Source: Candidatus Eiseniibacteriota bacterium
GTDB taxonomy: Bacteria > Eisenbacteria > RBG-16-71-46 > CAVPCR01
Reading direction: 5' to 3'
NCBI GenBank assembly: GCA_963823555.1
Contig: CAWGMA010000003.1
Location: 736,001 to 800,000, forward strand
DNA length: 64,000 nucleotides
Each line of letters opens with the position of its first letter. Within the stretch, counting starts at the first letter, position 1. This document shows, piece by piece, positions 61,403 to 64,000 of this stretch. Made by a program: the position numbers and the translations under genes. The notes under the pieces were generated by a model. That model ran no database searches, was not told where the DNA came from, and saw nothing but the letters and a program-made list of their open reading frames with translations.

Positions 61403-64000
61403 ATGGACGTCCGCACCCCGCGCCGCCTGCCGCCTCTCCCGCTCGTGACCACCGCCTTCCTGGTCCTCCTCTTCCTCGCTCCCGTTCTCGCGGCCGCCGC
61501 CGGCGCGGATGTCGCCGATCCGTACCGCGAGCTGCGCGTGGAGTGGGCTGATATGGAGGCCCATCGCGCCTCCCCGGCGCTCGCCGGCATCGAGGTCATG
61601 CATGTCGAGAAGGGTGAGTTCGTGAACCTCTTGGCCCGCGCGGCCGAGATCGACCAGCTCCAGTCCGCCGGCATCCCGTTCACCGTCGTGATCGAGGATC
61701 TCGAGGCTCACTACGTCGCCATGATGAACGACTGGGCAGCCAAGAGCGGCGAGGTCGAGAACTTCGGACCCTTCCATACCTACTCGGAGACCGTGATCGC
61801 GCTCGATGATCTGCACATGATGTATCCGGCGATCACGACCCAGAAGATCTCGCTCGGCACGACCTGGCAGGGGAACACCATCTGGGCGATGAAGATCTCC
61901 GACAACCCGACGATCGAGGAGCCGGGTGAGCCCGAAGTGCTGTTCGATGGCATGCATCATGCGCGCGAGGTGATGACCGTCGAGATGCTGCTCTCGTTCA
62001 TGGAACACCTCTGCGCCAACTACGGGACCGATCCCGAGGTCACCTTTCTCGTCGACAACCGCCAGGTCTGGTTCGTGCCGATCGTGAATCCCGACGGCTA
62101 TCTCTACAACGAGCAGACCAACCCCAACGGTGGCGGCATGTGGAGGAAGAACCGCCGCAACGATCTGGGCAGTTGCATCGGGGTCGATCTCAATCGCAAC
62201 TACGATTACGAGTGGGTGGGACCCGGATCGAGCACCGATCCTTGCAGCGACACCTATCGCGGACCGGCTCCGGCTTCCGAGTTCGAGATCCAGGCACTCA
62301 CCACCTTCATGAGCGATCATGAGTTCGTCACCCACAACTCTTACCACTCGGTCGCCGGTCTCATCCTCTTCCCCTGGGCGTATACCCTGGCGCACACGCC
62401 TGATGACGCTCTCTTCCGCCAGATGGCGAACGAGATGGCGCGGGACTCGAACTACCAGCCCGGGCAGCCGCCCGAGGTGCTCTACTCGGTCAACGGCGGG
62501 TCCATGGACTGGGCCTATGGCGAGCAGACCACCAAGCCCAAGATCTTCTCGTTCACGACGGAGATCAGCGGATCGGGCTTCTGGCCGGATCCGAGCGAGG
62601 CCCCGGGGCTCATCGCCGAGAACCTGTACTCGAACCTCTATCTGGTGCGCGCGGCCGGCGCCTTCCCCGACCTGGCGGGTTTCTCGGTGACAGGGGGCAA
62701 CGGCAACGGCCGGCTCGAGCCGGGCGAGACCGTGAACCTCGTCGTCACGATCAGGAACCAGGGGGTGATCGCCGCCGCCGAGGACGTGGTCGTGCGCTTG
62801 CGCTCGCATGACGCTTACGTCGCCCTGGGCTCCGCGACGAGCGCGCTGGGAACCATCGCTCCCGCGGGAAGCGCTACCAACGCCGGCAATCCGTTCATCG
62901 TGAGTGCCGATCCGTCGACGCCGGCCGGGCACATCGCCGAGTTCACCGTCGAGATCGAGAGCGCCGGGGGAATCGCGCTCGGACGCGACCTCGCGCTCAT
63001 GATCGGGCAGCCCGACTACTACTACTTCACCGATTTCGAGCCGGGAGACGGGGGCTGGACCCAGGATCCAGCGCACACGGCGACGACCGGCGCCTTCGTG
63101 CGCATCGATCCCAACCCCACCACCTTCCAGCCGGGTGACGACACGACACCCGATCCCGGCATCTACGCCTGGATCACGGGGCAGAACACCGATGTCGGCA
63201 CCGACGACGTGGATGGCGGGGTGAGCGCCACGCGCTCGCCGGTCATCGATCTCTCGGCCTATTCGACAGCTCGCCTGGTGCTCAACTACTTCCATGGCCA
63301 GCGCGACCAGGGCGACGACCCCACCGGGGACTACTTCCGCATCCAGCTCTCGAACGACGGTGGTGCAACCTACCCGGTGAATCTCGTCGAGATCGGTGAC
63401 GTGACGACGACTCCCCAATGGCGCGAGCTCAGCGTGGACCTGGAAAGCGTGCTGCCGCTCACCGCGATGATGCGCCTACGGGTCCTGGCCGCCGACGGCG
63501 CGGTCACGGGTGACATCATCGAGGGCGGCATCGACGATGTCGCGATCCTGAGTCCGGGAAGCGGCAACCGGCCGCCCGGCGCGCCCACGCTGGTCTCGCC
63601 GCCGAACGGCGCCGGCGGTCTCCCGGAATCTCCGTTGCTCGTCGTCGCCAACGCGATCGATCCCGAGGGCGACCCGCTCACCTATGGGTTCCGCGTCTAT
63701 TCGGATCCTCTTCTCACCGATCTCGTGCGGAGCGTGGACGGCGTGGCAGCGGGCGCGAGCCAGACCTCCTGGTCGGTGTCTCCGCCGCTCCTCGCCGGCA
63801 CGTACTACTGGCGGGCCTACGCCGCCGATTCCGAGCTGCGCGGCATGTTCATGCCGGCGGCGAGCTTCATGGTGGGGGCGGTGACAGCGACCGGCGAGGC
63901 CGGAGCTCCGTCGCGTCCCATGCTCTCCGCGCCGGCACCCAACCCGTTCGCTGCGGGGACCGTCGTCACGTACCAGCTCGCACACCCCTCCCGGGTTCGA
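61403..64000 (+). CDS. Partial (3'-truncated) secreted M14 zinc carboxypeptidase (carboxypeptidase T-like), multidomain; an FlgD-like C-terminal domain begins at the window edge
   Basis: Absent from the ORF track because it has no stop in the window. Manual translation from ATG 61403 gives a signal-like leader, FHTYSE, KISDNP, HHARE, VNPDG, WRKNRR, GVDLNRNY, YHS, FTTE, and finally PAPNPFAAGT. Confidence 0.92.
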   Translation, partial: MDVRTPRRLPPLPLVTTAFLVLLFLAPVLAAAAGADVADPYRELRVEWADMEAHRASPALAGIEVMHVEKGEFVNLLARAAEIDQLQSAGIPFTVVIEDLEAHYVAMMNDWAAKSGEVENFGPFHTYSETVIALDDLHMMYPAITTQKISLGTTWQGNTIWAMKISDNPTIEEPGEPEVLFDGMHHAREVMTVEMLLSFMEHLCANYGTDPEVTFLVDNRQVWFVPIVNPDGYLYNEQTNPNGGGMWRKNRRNDLGSCIGVDLNRNYDYEWVGPGSSTDPCSDTYRGPAPASEFEIQALTTFMSDHEFVTHNSYHSVAGLILFPWAYTLAHTPDDALFRQMANEMARDSNYQPGQPPEVLYSVNGGSMDWAYGEQTTKPKIFSFTTEISGSGFWPDPSEAPGLIAENLYSNLYLVRAAGAFPDLAGFSVTGGNGNGRLEPGETVNLVVTIRNQGVIAAAEDVVVRLRSHDAYVALGSATSALGTIAPAGSATNAGNPFIVSADPSTPAGHIAEFTVEIESAGGIALGRDLALMIGQPDYYYFTDFEPGDGGWTQDPAHTATTGAFVRIDPNPTTFQPGDDTTPDPGIYAWITGQNTDVGTDDVDGGVSATRSPVIDLSAYSTARLVLNYFHGQRDQGDDPTGDYFRIQLSNDGGATYPVNLVEIGDVTTTPQWRELSVDLESVLPLTAMMRLRVLAADGAVTGDIIEGGIDDVAILSPGSGNRPPGAPTLVSPPNGAGGLPESPLLVVANAIDPEGDPLTYGFRVYSDPLLTDLVRSVDGVAAGASQTSWSVSPPLLAGTYYWRAYAADSELRGMFMPAASFMVGAVTATGEAGAPSRPMLSAPAPNPFAAGTVVTYQLAHPSRVR

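Noticed and set aside
57278..63418. 973-aa, 456-aa and 760-aa minus-strand ORFs
   Set aside because: Antisense to the clearly recognisable S8 protease, dehydratase and M14 peptidase genes.

Overview
GC-rich (roughly 70% by eye) bacterial chromosomal segment with about 44 CDSs. I found no rRNA, tRNA, CRISPR array, IS element or prophage. Gene content points to an FCB-group candidate lineage such as Eisenbacteria, Krumholzibacteriota or Latescibacterota (inference). Six secreted proteins end in an FlgD-Ig/T9SS-like C-terminal domain: two M14 carboxypeptidases, an S8 protease, a lamin-tail protein, a beta-helix protein and a giant HYR-like repeat protein. Three other, mutually unrelated secreted proteins end instead in a short shared tail, [TI]-[PS]-V-E-x-x-T-W-G-x-[IV]-K-x-x-[YF]. 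This tail is the best candidate for a little-described second C-terminal sorting or anchoring system. Other points of interest: a DUF2946/CruR-like CxxC-RGPP leader ORF ahead of a metal-uptake operon that has no ATPase; an apparently circularly permuted beta-helix protein co-transcribed with a TonB receptor behind 11-bp-period PhoB/OmpR-like repeats; two candidate small RNAs; a 624-bp intragenic tandem repeat; a GH-A/GT2 fusion coupled to an ABC exporter; and an SGNH esterase split by an inserted domain. The rest is housekeeping or accessory metabolism. All product calls come from motif recognition by eye, not from database searches.
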